Positions 1 through 13,055 of a stretch of 64,000 bases of DNA are shown piece after piece; position 1 is the first letter of the stretch, and each line of letters begins with the position of its first letter. The translations under genes and the position numbers were made by a program. The stretch comes from Lama glama (lineage: Eukaryota), in NCBI GenBank assembly GCA_028534125.1, contig CM052818.1, positions 39,372,001-39,436,000 on the forward strand. Reading direction: 5' to 3'. The notes under the pieces are model-generated. The model was not told the DNA's origin. It did not search any database and saw nothing but the letters and a program-made list of their open reading frames with translations.

Positions 1-27
1 CACAGCGGCTGGGCTGGGAAGGTGAGC
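1..27 (+). other. Possible 3' end of an exon with 5' splice donor (AAG|GTGAGC, junction 21/22)
   Basis: Near-consensus donor AAG/GTGAGC at 19-27. It is followed by relatively CpG-rich unique sequence typical of early introns. The upstream exon lies outside the window. Confidence 0.25.
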
Positions 28-3000
28 TGTGCTGACATGTCTCCTCCTGCCGTGAGACCAGCTATTGGAAAAAAAAAACCCTCCGGGGCAGTTTTTACAG
101 CCTCATTTTTGAGCAGAACATCAGTTCCAACCCATCTTTTTACACGATGCCCCCAAATGAACCATCTGCATTTGCTCAGGTCATTCCTGTACATTGCTCA
201 GCCTTGCTGGAAGCCTTCATAAGGAGGGAAGCCAGAGCCACTTCTAGAAACAGCTCTTTCGGGATCCCGGGCGTCTGCAGCCCACAGTACCTGCGAGTTT
301 CCCTCCCGAGGCTCTGGACGGGACTGTGTGCGTTCTGCTGGTGGAACACAACTGGGCAGGTGGTGGTGGGGCTGGGGATGCCCGGCCAGGGCCCCTCCCC
401 AGGTACAGAGCCTGCTGTATGTCTGCCTCTGCAGAGATCCCCTTTTCAGACCCTTTCAAGGTTTTCAAATGGCAGAAATTGCAGCACTCAAGATTGTAAT
501 TCGGATCATTTTGACTTAGTTTCGGCTCTCACTTCACAGAACGCAGATTCTACCTTCCTCAGTGGAGGTGTGTGCAGGCCCCTTTTGGGGAGGACAGAGC
601 CCATTGTTCCAGAGGATGGCTTCTGTCCATGCTTGCAGCTGTCCTCACCCCCGTGCCCCCGCTTTTGGTAGGATATCTCTCTGCTGTAGGCACTCGACGC
701 TTCAGAAATGGGAGAGGAGACCTTCTCACGGCAAGAACCCACCTTGGCCTCTGGCAGCGGTGCTCTGGTTGCGGGAGATTGATAAGAGTTCTTTCCAGAG
801 CTGTGTCCCATCTCACCCTGACACACGCCCATCCTTTGGAGCCAGAGGCCCGGCAGGTGCGGCTGGCTGGGGCAGATGAGGAGAGGTTTCAGAGATCCCT
901 TCCTGCCAGTCACAAGCTGTCCAGAGCACAACCGGAAAACCAAACAAGTCATGAAGGAATTGGTCCCTGAATGTCTTCATCTGTAGTAGACTGGTGGGAG
1001 GAGGAAGAAGAGAGAAACTTCCAAGTCACCGGGCTGCTGCTCACCTGCCCCGCGGGCCTCACCCTTGGCGACTGGGGTGAGTTGTTGCTTTGACAAGCAG
1101 ATGTGCACATGCAGCAGGAGTGGAAAGTCTGTCCCTTAAGATGTTCGGGGCTTCCTTGAGACACAGGCATGGCCAGCTCTGATGGAGGAGAAAGGGCAAA
1201 GTCACAGGGAACTTGCTTCATTTGTCTCATGAGTAACTGTGAGCAGGACTCTGAAAACCACTCCGTCGGACAGCAAGGACCCGCTGTGCTGAGCGCTGCC
1301 GAGGGCCCGGCGAGGCGCGCTCCTCCCGGCAGTGCTAGAATGCACAGTGGGCTTAACTAGCAGGAGAAACAGGGCTGTGTCTGAAGACATCTGTCCATGT
1401 TTGGGCAGTTTTGATTTATTGTTAATTTGGGGAGTCTGACTTCTCCTTGAAAAGCATGGAATGTGCATTTTTTAATAATTGCCATCAAAATTTTGCCCTG
1501 ATAAGGACTGTCTGGTTTCCTGGACACTGGGCAGCAGTAGTTTGGGGTCAGGAGATAGTCACCCTGCAAAACGTTTTCCCAAATGTTCTTTCAGCGGATT
1601 CCCCCAGATTCTTGTCAAGAGCAGGGTCAAGCTGCTTCCCAGCCCCAGATTTCTTCATCTTTAAAGACGTACTGGGGTCTGATGGAGGGAGATGGGTGCC
1701 TTTGGGTCTGGCGAGGACAGGGGATCCCTGCTGGACCACGGGGCAGTGTCGCGGAGCGTGCTTTCCTGGTGCTGTTCTGATATGATTTCCTCTAGTTGGA
1801 GGAACAGGGAGAGAGACAGTAGGGAGGTGGGGGCACATCTGTGTTCTATGAAAACTGACCCAGAACTCTTCACGCGGCGGGGTCCTCCTTCCCTTCCATC
1901 TTGCGGTTGGAATTGACAAAACGGGTTATTGAGTCATCCTCCTGATGGGCTTGTAGTGTCTGAACCTGTCCAGGGCCCCGAGGTGAACTGAGGCAGGATG
2001 CGGGGTTGGCGCGTGTGACTGATTACGTTAACCGGGTGATCTGCGCATCGAGAGGATGTCAGTATGAGGGGCTGCAGGTTTTCAGGCTGAGTTGTCCGGG
2101 GGAGTAAAGGGAGACGGAAGAGACTGTATTTTTCAAAGTTAATGCCAGGAGAGGAAACAGATGAAGAGAAGAATTTTGTTTTTACATTTTGCCTTACAAG
2201 GTAATTTTGGGGGGGGAAAAACCCTTTGAAAAGTTGCCAGCCCTGAACCAGTGAGAGTTCAGAAGTTAGAGTTCCCGACTCTGGTTTCAAATAAAGTACT
2301 TAACAGTCCTTTCCCATCATTCAGCATGGATACGTATCCCCGAAATTTCTCCAAAATTTGATTTTGTTCTCCATTTCAAGGAAAAACGTGTCATGAACAG
2401 CCTGAGCCTGGTTTCCCCAGCTGCGACAGATTTTCATGAAACCAGCGCATGGGAACTTGATTTCCAAAGCCGTATTCAGAGGGGCTGTGTGTCCCCACGG
2501 CAGTGGTGCAGGCGTCGGGGAGCTGCCCCTGGTGTGGGCTTTTGGGAGGGGGTGTGGGGGGAGCTGCATACAAATTGGATTCACATCTAATTGATATTTA
2601 AGTCTCTCTCTGGAAACTTAAACTTTGATAGTTTACATCTCTGCTTAATAGCATATTAAATCATTTTATAACTCTTAACAACTGTTTAATCTTTTCATTG
2701 TTGAAAAATGAGGTAGTTGATCTAAGCCATGTCAGAATATGCCAGGAAAAACTTATTTAAATGTACCACCCTTTACCATGGCATTCAGAGGATTCGAGGG
2801 ACCCATATGCGTTTTAGGGGGACCCACCTCTTTTACAATGGGGTCTCCCCCTGAATGGGGTCAGAGATGAGGAATCCTCAGAAGGGAGAGGCTAGGGGAG
2901 CCTGGAGAGGGAGGTTGGAGCCTGGGATTTGGCCCTTGGGCTATGGTATTGCTGCCATCTAGGATTTTGGCTCCTAATTGGGCATTGTTGAAAACACTCT

Positions 3001-4419
3001 TTTCTGGCCGACAGCATGTTCTATGATCTCTCCCTGTGTTCAGCAAGGTTGTTTGTGCACCGTCGTAATTAGAGTACTCATGGCTGGGAGAGAGAGGGAG
3101 AGTGAGTGAGAGAACAAGAAAGAGAGGGGGGGGGGCTCTGTTCTTCCAAAAACAAGTATGCCTTCTCCTTGGGAATGACACCAAAGAATACCTTCTAAAT
3201 GAAGTATGCTTCCCTTCAGAGATTACAGCATCAGTTGATCAAAGTCCCCTGGAAATAGCTTTTGGCAACTCTGAGTTTCTCTGTAACTCTTCTCCGACTC
3301 GCGCCGGGCGGCCCTGGGCTGGGAGCAGAAGCCATCCTGCCTTTGGAAGCCGGGGAGCCCGGGGCGGGGACAGACAGGTGTCCCGCATGTCTGCTGACCG
3401 CTTTGCAAACCCTGCGGCGTCACGTTGGTTTGGGGTTGGTCTGGTTGGAAGTGGTTTTGTTTCTCCAGAAAATTGATTGTGGTGCACGGGCTGGCTCCCT
3501 CTGTCCAAGTAATGCAATACAGGCATCTTCTAAACTTAAACAAGGCTTTGGCCATCCTGGTGAAATGTATTGTCATCGGCTCTGTGTCCTGACATCCTCT
3601 GCAGAGTTGAGGAATGTTTGGACCTCGGCCCCTGAGCCCTTTCTGGTTTAAGTTTAATGAAAGTACGGGCAATCCAAACGTCTACCTGGCAGCAGGGAAG
3701 AGACCCTTCATGTTAATTATTGCTAAGCTCCACTGTCTCCTTCCAAGCCCTATATACAGCCCTACACATTTGTATACATTTTATATGGTCTATTTCCATT
3801 ATAAATTGCCCATAAATTAAATACAGATTTCCCTGGGAACATCTTAAAAAAAGGAAAGGATCCGAATGATACATGTTTCTGGTATTGGAGGTGACATGGA
3901 TGCAAGGGGAGGAGGGCGGGCCCGTGCGCGGACTCCCCAACATGGAGGTCAGGCGTCTGGGTTACAGCAACCTGAGTTGTGTGTGAACGGATATGCAGCG
4001 TGCCTTTTCTCCATCTTTTGTGTTGCGAGCTGCACATCGTGGTTTAAAAAAGGATGGAGACTGATTGATTGGCCTAGACAGGCTGGAGGGGGTCCAGGAG
4101 GGGGACAGGACAGTGAGGGATGGGAACGCTCCCTCCTCTTCTCCAAGGAGAGCGCTGGGTTGGTTGTGTTTGTCGCTAGGAGAGTGTTCTCAGCATGGGG
4201 TGGCGACGCTTTGGGGCGTCATCTTCTATGTGAGGTGTGTTGCCAGCATAATAGTAAAGAACTAACGTACATCCTAAAAGAAATGAAAGCAGATTCAAGG
4301 TTCATCTCTGTGACATCCTTCTCGTTCCCTTGTGTTTCCAGTTCCTTGTTGAATGGAGAGCTCAGGGTGGAGTTTCTCCCAGACTCTCATGCCTGTCCTG
4401 AAGCCCATCTGTGCTCTGG

Positions 4420-4775
4420 CCTTTGCTGCCTCAGGGCCTTTGCACCTACCGCTCCCTCTGTGTGACTTGCTTGCTCCCTCCCCTCTTTTAGGTCCTTACT
4501 CAATGCAGCCTTCCTGACCACTCTATTTAAAAATATACCCTGAGTTCTAAACCCCTTCCCTGCTTTATTTTTCTACGTATCTCCATTTGAAATATTGTGT
4601 ATTTTATTTATTATTATAATATAAGCAATAATAAATATAGGGCCTACAAGGCAGGGGTTTTTGTCTCTTTCATGCTCTGTTCTGCTTTAGTGCTTGGCAC
4701 CTAGTAGATACTCAATAAAATATGTTGTATGAACCAATAGTAGATAGTCAATAAAATATGTTGTATGAACCAATG
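4420..4775 (+). mobile_element. LINE-2 (L2a-like) 3' fragment
   Basis: Typical L2 motifs CCTCAGGGCCTTTGCAC, GCCTTCCTGACCACTCTATTTAAAA and the 3' terminus TGCTTGGCACCTAGTAGATACTCAATAAAATATGTTG. Confidence 0.8.
4702..4773 (+). repeat. 36-bp tandem duplication (2 copies, 1 mismatch)
   Basis: TAGTAGATA[C/G]TCAATAAAATATGTTGTATGAACCAA at 4702-4737 and 4738-4773. Confidence 0.95.
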
Positions 4776-5859
4776 CCCATGTGTGGGCACTGGGGGTCAT
4801 CCATTACATGTTATGGCGGGAAAAAGTGTTGCAAAAATCTGCTTTGAGAGATTAGACATGAGCCAGTTAGCAGAAATTGCAAAAGAGTGGATTTTAGTCT
4901 AATAAAAAAACTTTCAAAAATTACAAATTTCAACCAAGGAATGAGTAGATTTCTAGGGGCATAAATGCCCTTGGAGGGAGAATTTAAGGTGAGTGAGGAT
5001 GACTGCTGGTCAGGGAGATTGCGGGGAGGACCCCTGCCCTGGGGTGGGGAGAAGGGTATGATCATAGGTAGCGTTTCTCCTCCTCTCTGTGATTCTGTTT
5101 AAGGATATGAAAGGTTCTATCCTGGGCTCTCCTAACATTCAGTTTCCTAGACTTATGGGTGCTTTGAGGGGTTCAGATCATTCCGGGACCTGTCCCAGAT
5201 CACACAGCTCTAGGTGAGCCGGGCCCAGATGGTGCGGGTTTCTCTCAGAATGTGAGCCCCCCAGACACTACCATCCTGCCCTGCTGGGAGAGCCCCTGCA
5301 TGTCCAGATTGGGGTCTGGCCCTGGTGATCTCCAGCCTCCTTCCTCCTGCCCTACTGGACCTTTCCCCTGGGGCTAGCTTGTCCCCGAATGAGGTACTCA
5401 CTTCTCTACTCTTTATTTGAGTCACCAATCCGTGTCCTGCCCTTTCCTTGAGTTGACTCTGCTTGTTAGGACCCCCGTCCCCCAGGAGCTGGACAGAAAT
5501 TTTCTCTCCCTGCCCCCCCCCCCCCCCATGTCCCACCAACTCTCGCTCAGACCCTCTCAGTGTGAGCCGTGCATGGAGGCAGGACGAAGCCAGCTCTAGG
5601 AGGAGCTGGGGCCGACGAGCTGATGGCAGAGGGGCCTGTTGGTGGACGAGATGCCCGACGCCAGGCCTTCCATGGGCACGGGAGGGGCCATCCTCTTTCC
5701 TCATCTTTCTTTAGGGTGGGCCGTGCATCAAGCTTTGTGTGGGGCTCAGGAATGGTGAGGAGGCGCTGCCAGCCTCCCAGTTCTAGGATGTGTGGCAAAT
5801 GCCACCCCGAGGGCCCCATCACCTCAGGTGAGGTCAGCGGGCCCGGGCTTCCTTGCAGA

Positions 5860-5960
5860 CCAGCCGAGTGACCTTGGACAAGCTGCTTGTTCTCTCTTCC
5901 TGCAGTTTCCGTATCTGTAGAGGGAACTAGACTTTACTCATGAGATGCTTATTACAGTGT
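5860..5960 (+). mobile_element. MIR SINE fragment
   Basis: MIR core-like GTGACCTTGGACAAG...CAGTTTCCGTATCTGTAG. Confidence 0.6.
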
Positions 5961-6754
5961 TAGATGGGGTGGGGGTGTTTCTTTTCATTGTATAACTCTG
6001 TGTGCAGTTTGACTTTTTAACCCTGTAGAGGCATCAATTTGATTTTAATAAGAAACTAGATATCTGGAAAACATTTACAAAATGCTCCGTGAGTGTGTCA
6101 GTCTCTGCTCTAGATCCCAGGGCCAGTGATGGTGATAAACAGCTCTGGAAACCCTGTGCTTTTGCCCAAGTCCTTATTCCGAGGCCGTGACACCCAGGCC
6201 TTCACGGGAGTCAGCCAGTCCCCCTGTGTTGGGGCCAGAAGCATATGCGTGAGGGAAGGTCTTCTGCTCCAGCCTGGGGCCGGTGGGCCGGTTGGGGAAA
6301 CTGCTTTATGGCCCTGGGTGGGGGATGAAGTCTTCCCCACTTGGGCTTCATAAATTATTCTGTGGGGTCCATTAGAGCTGGGTGGGGAGCAAGAGAGTGA
6401 TTTTATGGGTGATTTACATGGCCTTTGTCCGAGGTCCCACACGTTGCCAGCTGGACAGCGGCTTCTGGCTGGTTGCACGGCAAAGCCCCGGCCCAGGGCG
6501 GCCCCCACGGTGTGAGATCGCGCCACACAACCTGTGGCTGGGCAGAGGGGCCCCAGGCCCCCACCGGGAGTTTGGCTCCAGAAAAGCTAGTAAGGAAGTA
6601 AAGTCATGCAGCCCCGTCTCCCTGTCTGTTCTCAGGAGGACTTGGAACTCAGTCCCCAAAGCTGACGTGACTTGTCCTGCTCGAGTATGAGTCCTCTCAG
6701 GAACAATCATGATTTTGGAGACAGCAGTGCCTCTGAGATCATACAACCCAGATT

Positions 6755-6860
6755 TGGATTTTACTGTGGAAGAAACAGGCTTGGAGAGACAGGGGAGCCT
6801 TGCTGAGAGTCACGTAGTAGGTCAGTGGTGGAGTTGAGACCAGACCTCTTACCCCCACCT
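6755..6860 (-). mobile_element. MIR SINE fragment
   Basis: Reverse core ATTTTACTGTGGAAGAAACAGGCTTGGAGAG...CTTGCTGAGAGTCACGTAG. Confidence 0.6.
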
Positions 6861-7854
6861 CAGTTTGCATCTTTGGACCAAAGAGAAGAGGAGGCAGGGA
6901 TGTCCCTGGAACTTGTGGGGACTTGGTCCTCCTGTCTGTGTAGGATGCCTGAGCCGTTGGTTGCCTTCCCAGCCTGTGACTTCCCTTCCTCCTACCCCTG
7001 GCATTGAGCCAGGTGCTGCTGAGATGTCCTGGTGCCTCCCCTGAGGCCGCCTGCTGCTGGCCAGGGGTTGCTAGGGAGCTCAGCCCTTGAGGCCTCTCTC
7101 CCGGGGTGGGTATGTGAGAATGACTCATTCCTCCCTTACTCTGTTGATGGCGGCAGCCCCTGGGAGGTGGTGGATCTGAACCTCATGCCTGCACTTCCTG
7201 GGCCGCCGCAGGGCTGAGCTCATGGCTTCAGCTCCAGCGGCATCTCATCTGCCACTGGGGTGCAGGGGGAGGCCTGGCTTCAGGGGTTACACGTGTGCCA
7301 CTCACTGGCTGTATGGCCCATTGAGCTTTTCCAGGAGCTACTGCTTTTCCTGGGAGTGTTTCAGGAACAGAGTGCTGTGACTCAGCCTCAGTGGCACGGA
7401 GACCCCATGTGAGGCTCTCCCTCCTGCCTGTGCCTCTGTCTTGTTGTCTCCCCACTTCATGAGTGTCCGTGCTTAGAAGGACCTCACAGTATCATCTTGA
7501 AACTTTTCTGAAGTTTTGAATAAGAGGACTCATATTTTCAGTCTGCTCTGGGCCCCCTGGTCCTGTTCCCAACCCCAGGTAGTCCCTTCCAGCCCTCATG
7601 CAGCTTAGATGGGTGACTCTGGAGGGCTGGGGATGTGGGCATTTTGGATGGTGGGATGTGGCTCTGGCTGGGATGGAACCGGGTGGGATTGACCTCCAGG
7701 GACCATGAGCTTAGCAGAGTTCCTCCTGGCAGCCCCTAGGCCCTGCTTTCTGTGGTTTCTCCTGATGCTCTCCATTCTCTCTACCTTCTGCTGATTTCTG
7801 AACCTCCCCTCCAAACTCCTGTTTTGGGGGCAGGTTTTATGGGGTTGGCCATTA

Positions 7855-8262
7855 TTGTAATCAGGATCAGCTAGGTTAGGTAGCAGATTGACCTGGAAAT
7901 CCTAATGGTTTAATACAGTGTTTCATGTCTTGTTCATGCTGCCTGTCCATCACAGGTCAGGGGGCAGAAACTCTGCAGTCACTCAAGGCCCTAAGCTGAC
8001 AGAGGCTCCTTCACTTGTATCTTTACCATCTGGAGCATGCAGCCTCTCTTGATGTTGTGGTAGGAGGAGGGGATGAAGGTGGGTCCCCAACTGCTCTTTA
8101 TGCTTCAGCTTGGAAATGATGCTCATCACGTTCATTCACGGCCCATCGGCCAGAATTAGTTGTGGGGCCCCATCTAACTGCAAGCGGGCTGGAACGTGGG
8201 GTCTTCTACTTCTAGGAAGAAGATAAGAAACAGATCTTGGTGGGCACTGATATGTCTACTGA
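7855..8262 (-). mobile_element. MaLR solo LTR (MLT1J/K/L-like)
   Basis: Resembles the reverse complement of old MLT1: CATCACGTTCATTCACGGCCCATCGGCCAGAATTAG...CCCCATCTAACTGCAAG..GGCTGG... Confidence 0.7.
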
Positions 8263-11200
8263 GGTGGCCCCAGAAACTTTGGTTGAATGGGTAAATGAAC
8301 ACAAGGAAGGAAAGAAGAAGCCACGTGCACCTCTCCTCATCTGGAGAGAGTTCTCTTGCTCTTCACGTGGGAGCATTTCAGGTGTTTATCATTTGCTTTC
8401 TAAATGCAAAGCCCTCCGCCAAGTCCCAAGTTTCCCTCAAGGCAGAAAGGCTCAGCTCATACCCTGTCATGGGGTCTGGAGTGTCAGCAAGCCAGGCTGT
8501 CCTGGGTCATAGCAGAAGAGCTGATAAAAAAAAAAATGAGTGCTTAGTATCTGTGGATGTGGATGGCTGGCAAACTGTAAGTTTGATAAACTTAAGTGTA
8601 ACCAGTGTGAATTTGATCCACATCATTTGGGTGTAAGAAATGTCACATTTATTTTTCTAAATCAAATTGGGCTCAGTCCCCAGCCTCATGGCTGTGGGAT
8701 GTCCAATCTCTCTCATCATGTGTGTCTCCCCACCCTCCCCCTCCCATCCCCCCGCCCCCTGCCATGCCTGGCCCCCTCCTCCTCTTCTCTCTTCCTTCCC
8801 TTGAGGTGCAAGGACGGGCTATAGAAAAGCAGGCTGTTGTCTCCTTTTGGCCATTTCTCCTTGCCCAGGACTGTGTGGTCCACTTGGGGGCAGGAAGTCC
8901 TCAGGCAGTGAACTCCCCCTGTGCTACACTCAGAATGGGGGCCCCACCATAGCTCAGGAGACTGACTCTCAGTGCCCGATTTTGTGAAGCAGACCCCGCA
9001 GCCTATAGCTCAGGTGATCCTGTCCTGCTTTCCCGAGCCTCACCCCACCCCACCGCCAGACCGCTCTTTTGAACCCCTAACCGCTCTTTTGAACACGCTG
9101 GCGCCCCGCCTGACGGCCACATGATTGGGGTGCTTGCCGGCCTATCTCCGCCGACACTCGGAGGCATTAGCCATCAGCCACAATATAACCAGAAGATTTA
9201 AGTGTGAGTTACCTCATTTTGTTCACGTTTACATGGCCAAAGCCCATCGCAGACAAAACACCAATAAAAGCCCAGGCCCGGAGAAACCCAGGGCCATAGA
9301 GCAAATGAAGCGGGTTGATCTCATGGCCCAAAACTTGTGTCTCCCCCCCGCCCCTCTTTTGGCAAAGGAGAAAATGGAATAAGTTTAAAAACAATGTACA
9401 GTCTACATTTGATGGCTGTAGAATGCGTATGGCCTTCAGCTGCTTCCAGCAAATTATTCATGATCTATTTGCGCATTAGCTAGACGCTGACACCATGTCT
9501 CCTCCTGACACTGACTCAGCCCCGCCAGGCCCTGCCTGGGGCCTTCTGGCCTGGGGCCTTGAAAGATTCCATACCTGAGCCAGGTAGCTCCCTTAGGATC
9601 AATTCTATGCTCAAATTCACAGACGGGCTCGGGGAAGTGAAGCATTAGCAGGGCTTTGCGGTGGGCCCTGGAACTGGGCGCGATGACTTGGAGACCATCA
9701 ATCTGTCCTGATAACAGTCTAGCATAGGTACCTGCAGAGGTCTCAAGGTTAAGCCCAAATGTTCTGCCCGTGGGGGAAAAAACCCATGTAATTTGCACTT
9801 CTTATGATTCACAGTTAGGGAGTAATGCCCCTCACCTCTCACTTTCAGTATTCCTTTTGCACCTTGTACCCCGAAGGAAGGCTGAAGCTTGGGTGAGTTG
9901 ATGAGAAGCACTCTGGCTGGACAGTCAGGAGATCATCACATCCCATTCAGTGGGACTTTGCCAGTTCCCTGCTCTTCTTGGGCCTTGGTTTCATTCTCTC
10001 TTCTAAAAAGCAAAAGGTATATATGAAAAAAATCCATCAGACCCTTTCATCAGACAAAAAGCCCCACATATAGAAAAGACAGACTCAGAATTGCTCTTTT
10101 GGGGGCCATGTGGCAGGGCCCTACTTTGCCCTACAGCCCCCTCCCCAGCACCCTTTAAAGGACTCTGCGACCCACAGGGCTCCATCAAGCATAGTCTGAA
10201 AACTAGGGTGAGTCACCTGTACGTCATGACAATATACGACATTCTGATTGTTACCGCATCCCTACCTTGATAAAACAAAATAAAGCCAAAATGGCTACGG
10301 AGCTTCCACAAGACCCAAGAATTTAGGCAGAGAAAAGGAAGCCTGTGTCTTCATGAGAGTTTCCTCTTTCTCTCTGTGGCTCGAAGCACTCTTTGTTGAC
10401 CACTGGGCTGCCTCCACTCCTGAACTCAGACTGTACTGGACCCCAGGGCCCCTTCTCTGTCAGCACTCCTGGCACAGAGGTCTAGGATCCAGAGAAGAGC
10501 GATGGCCCACTTTGGCAACGACAAGTTCCCGGACAAAGGGACTTTCTTTGTCCCAGGAAAGCAGACTTCTTCCTCCCCATTTAGCCTGGTGAGGACCAGC
10601 CTAGGGAAATCTCTGCTTGTTAATGGTGTGGAGACTGAGCAGACGGAGATGTGTGTGTCCTGGGAGGCTCAGCCTGGAACGCTTCACTGCAGGCGCCAAT
10701 CACAGGTAGCCCCGCATTGGGCGGCCTACTTCCCTCACTGGGTCAGTGCGGTAGATCTTGCTTTGCTAGGCTCACGTGGCAAGTGAGTTTCCAATTTCTG
10801 GGTTGGGGAGGAAGGCTGAGTGTTTTAGCTTGGGCTTTCCTGGCTGGTGAGTTGTAGCTAAGCTGTTGACCCTTGGACACAGTGGGGTTTGGGTTGAACT
10901 CAGGACCACATGTCTCCAAAGTCTATGCTCTTGTTGCTGGACCAGCCTGGTTTCATGGTCCGGCTCTGCACTACTTTGGACAGGCCTGTCTTCTCCTCTG
11001 GGCCTCAGTTTTCCATTTGGAAAATGAGGTGTTGTTCCATATCCCCTTCCAGAGCCATCATCCATGAATGCCACCACCCTGGAGTTTTCCCAAAAGTGAG
11101 TGTAGCTGGGAGGTGTTTAGGGAAGCAGCATGTTCTAGAACTTCCTGGTCTGAGGAACAGCCAGTTGCTGAGTTTGACCCTTTCCTCTGTCACCACTGAT

Positions 11201-11982
11201 GTGTTTCCCAATCATAAAATGTGTCTCCTCCCTAAGCTGGGTGGGGGGTAGGGGACCTCGTCCCTGGGGAATACCCAGGCTGGCTCATCCTTTGTGCCCA
11301 TGGTTGGTCTCCTGGTTGCAGTGTTGATTACAGACTAAGCCCCAGGGAGGTCCAGGAGTCCTCTGCCAGCCAGGCTGGACCCCAGGATGGATACACTGAG
11401 CTAATCTGCAGCCTATGAATAGAAACGTGTGAAGGCTGGGCATCTGGGGTACAAGGACTCCAGGCTAGGACAGAAGACATGCTCAGACTGGGCTCTGCTC
11501 AGAAGCCAAGACACGGGCCCCTGACTGGCTCTGGGAAAAGAACATTCTTGTGAGGACCCATTGGTGGGAAAATGCATCTTGGCACTAGACTGTGGCTGAG
11601 TTTATGCCTTTGCTGCTCTACGATAATGCTTGGAAAAAGCCACAAGGTGAGAGAGGAGCCCACATGAGCTGTTTGGTCCCCCTTCTTTTATTTCCCAGAG
11701 TTCTTCCCTGACCTCTAATAGCCAGCTCCAGTGGGGACATTTCCTCCTCTGTGTCTGAGGGCTTTGGGGTCTAATGGGCACGTGTTTGTTGTTGCAGACA
11801 CACACCTCGGACATAGGTTCTGGTTGCAAGACTCCATCACAGCACAGACCCTCTCCTGCAGGCAGTTGTGGGGAGCAGAAGCACTTACTTTAACTCTTCA
11901 TCCAGCTCTTGGGGAGTGAGAAGAGGAACATGAACTCTTGGCATAACTAAAATGGCTTTTCATGGTGATGGTTTCTCAGGAA

Positions 11983-12010
11983 TGTGTGTGTGTGTGTGTG
12001 TGTGAGAGAG
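11983..12010. repeat. (TG)n microsatellite with short (AG) tail
   Basis: About 10 TG units directly visible. Confidence 0.9.
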
Positions 12011-13055
12011 TCCACGCCAAGGTTCAACATCCAATTCACAGGTAGCTTGGGAGCCAGTGGCACCCAGCTGCAGGTAAAGACTGAGCTCGTTGGGTGTGTC
12101 CCTTCTGCAGGAAAGGACTGTTGTCCACGTATGTGAGTGTGAACTGGTGTGAGGGGAGGTGCCCATGGGGGGCTGGTTGTGTGTGATGCTGTCCATGTTA
12201 TCATCCATACCCACTGATGCATGTCCCATCACACCATGCCCAGTCCCAAGGCTTCCATTCAGACTTTGGCTTCCCGAGCCGTTTGTCCCCACATCTCTGT
12301 GGTCCTCTGCAGAGCTTTCTTCTGGCTCAATGGGGGGATGTTTTCTAGCAGGAGTAGGTTCCTGGGAGGCTGCACAGGGCTCCTGCTTTGGGGCCTCTCT
12401 CCTGGCCACCAGCCAGCCCTGGGACTGAGGGGAAGGGGCTTTGACAAGGCTCTGGCCTGTTGGCCGTCCAGAACGCCTGCAAGGATACCAGCCTGATGAG
12501 TGAAGTTGTAATAAATCAAGACCATGTGGCCAGCTCTCCTTTGAGATTCTCCCAGTTAAAGAAATAGAAGGGTGGGAAACATTTTTGGCAATCAGCCCTG
12601 AAGCTTCTCTTATATCCCCTTTCTCTTTGCTCTTCAGCCCCCAAATCTGAAAGAGTCATATGGTTCATTTTCAAAACAGAAACAGCCTTGGACTCTGTGT
12701 CCCCAAGGGCCAAGAATGTCTCTTCCCACCATTCAGGTCTAGCCTGGGAGCAGAATGCAGCCTTGGTGTGAACGCTGGAGAATTTAATGTCATGAGGATT
12801 TGGGTTGGGGGAGGGGGCCCCATCTTTTGTGTTTATAGTGGGTCAGATGGCATAGGAAATTCTGGCATTTGTGTGCTGGGGCATCGGGAAGGGCAAACTG
12901 AAGCCCGAGGGGAGGAGGGACTGGCTCAGCATCGTCAAGGGAAGCAGTCCCAGGATGCTCCACCCTCCCGTCTCCTGCTCTCAGTCCAGGCTTCTTTCTA
13001 CTGGGGAGTCTGAGATTTGGAGGTTGAATTGGGGCTTGGTTTAAAGAAGAAAAAT

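Noticed and set aside
4702..4773. 36-bp repeat as CRISPR-like array
   Set aside because: Only two abutting copies with no spacers, in eukaryotic L2 sequence.
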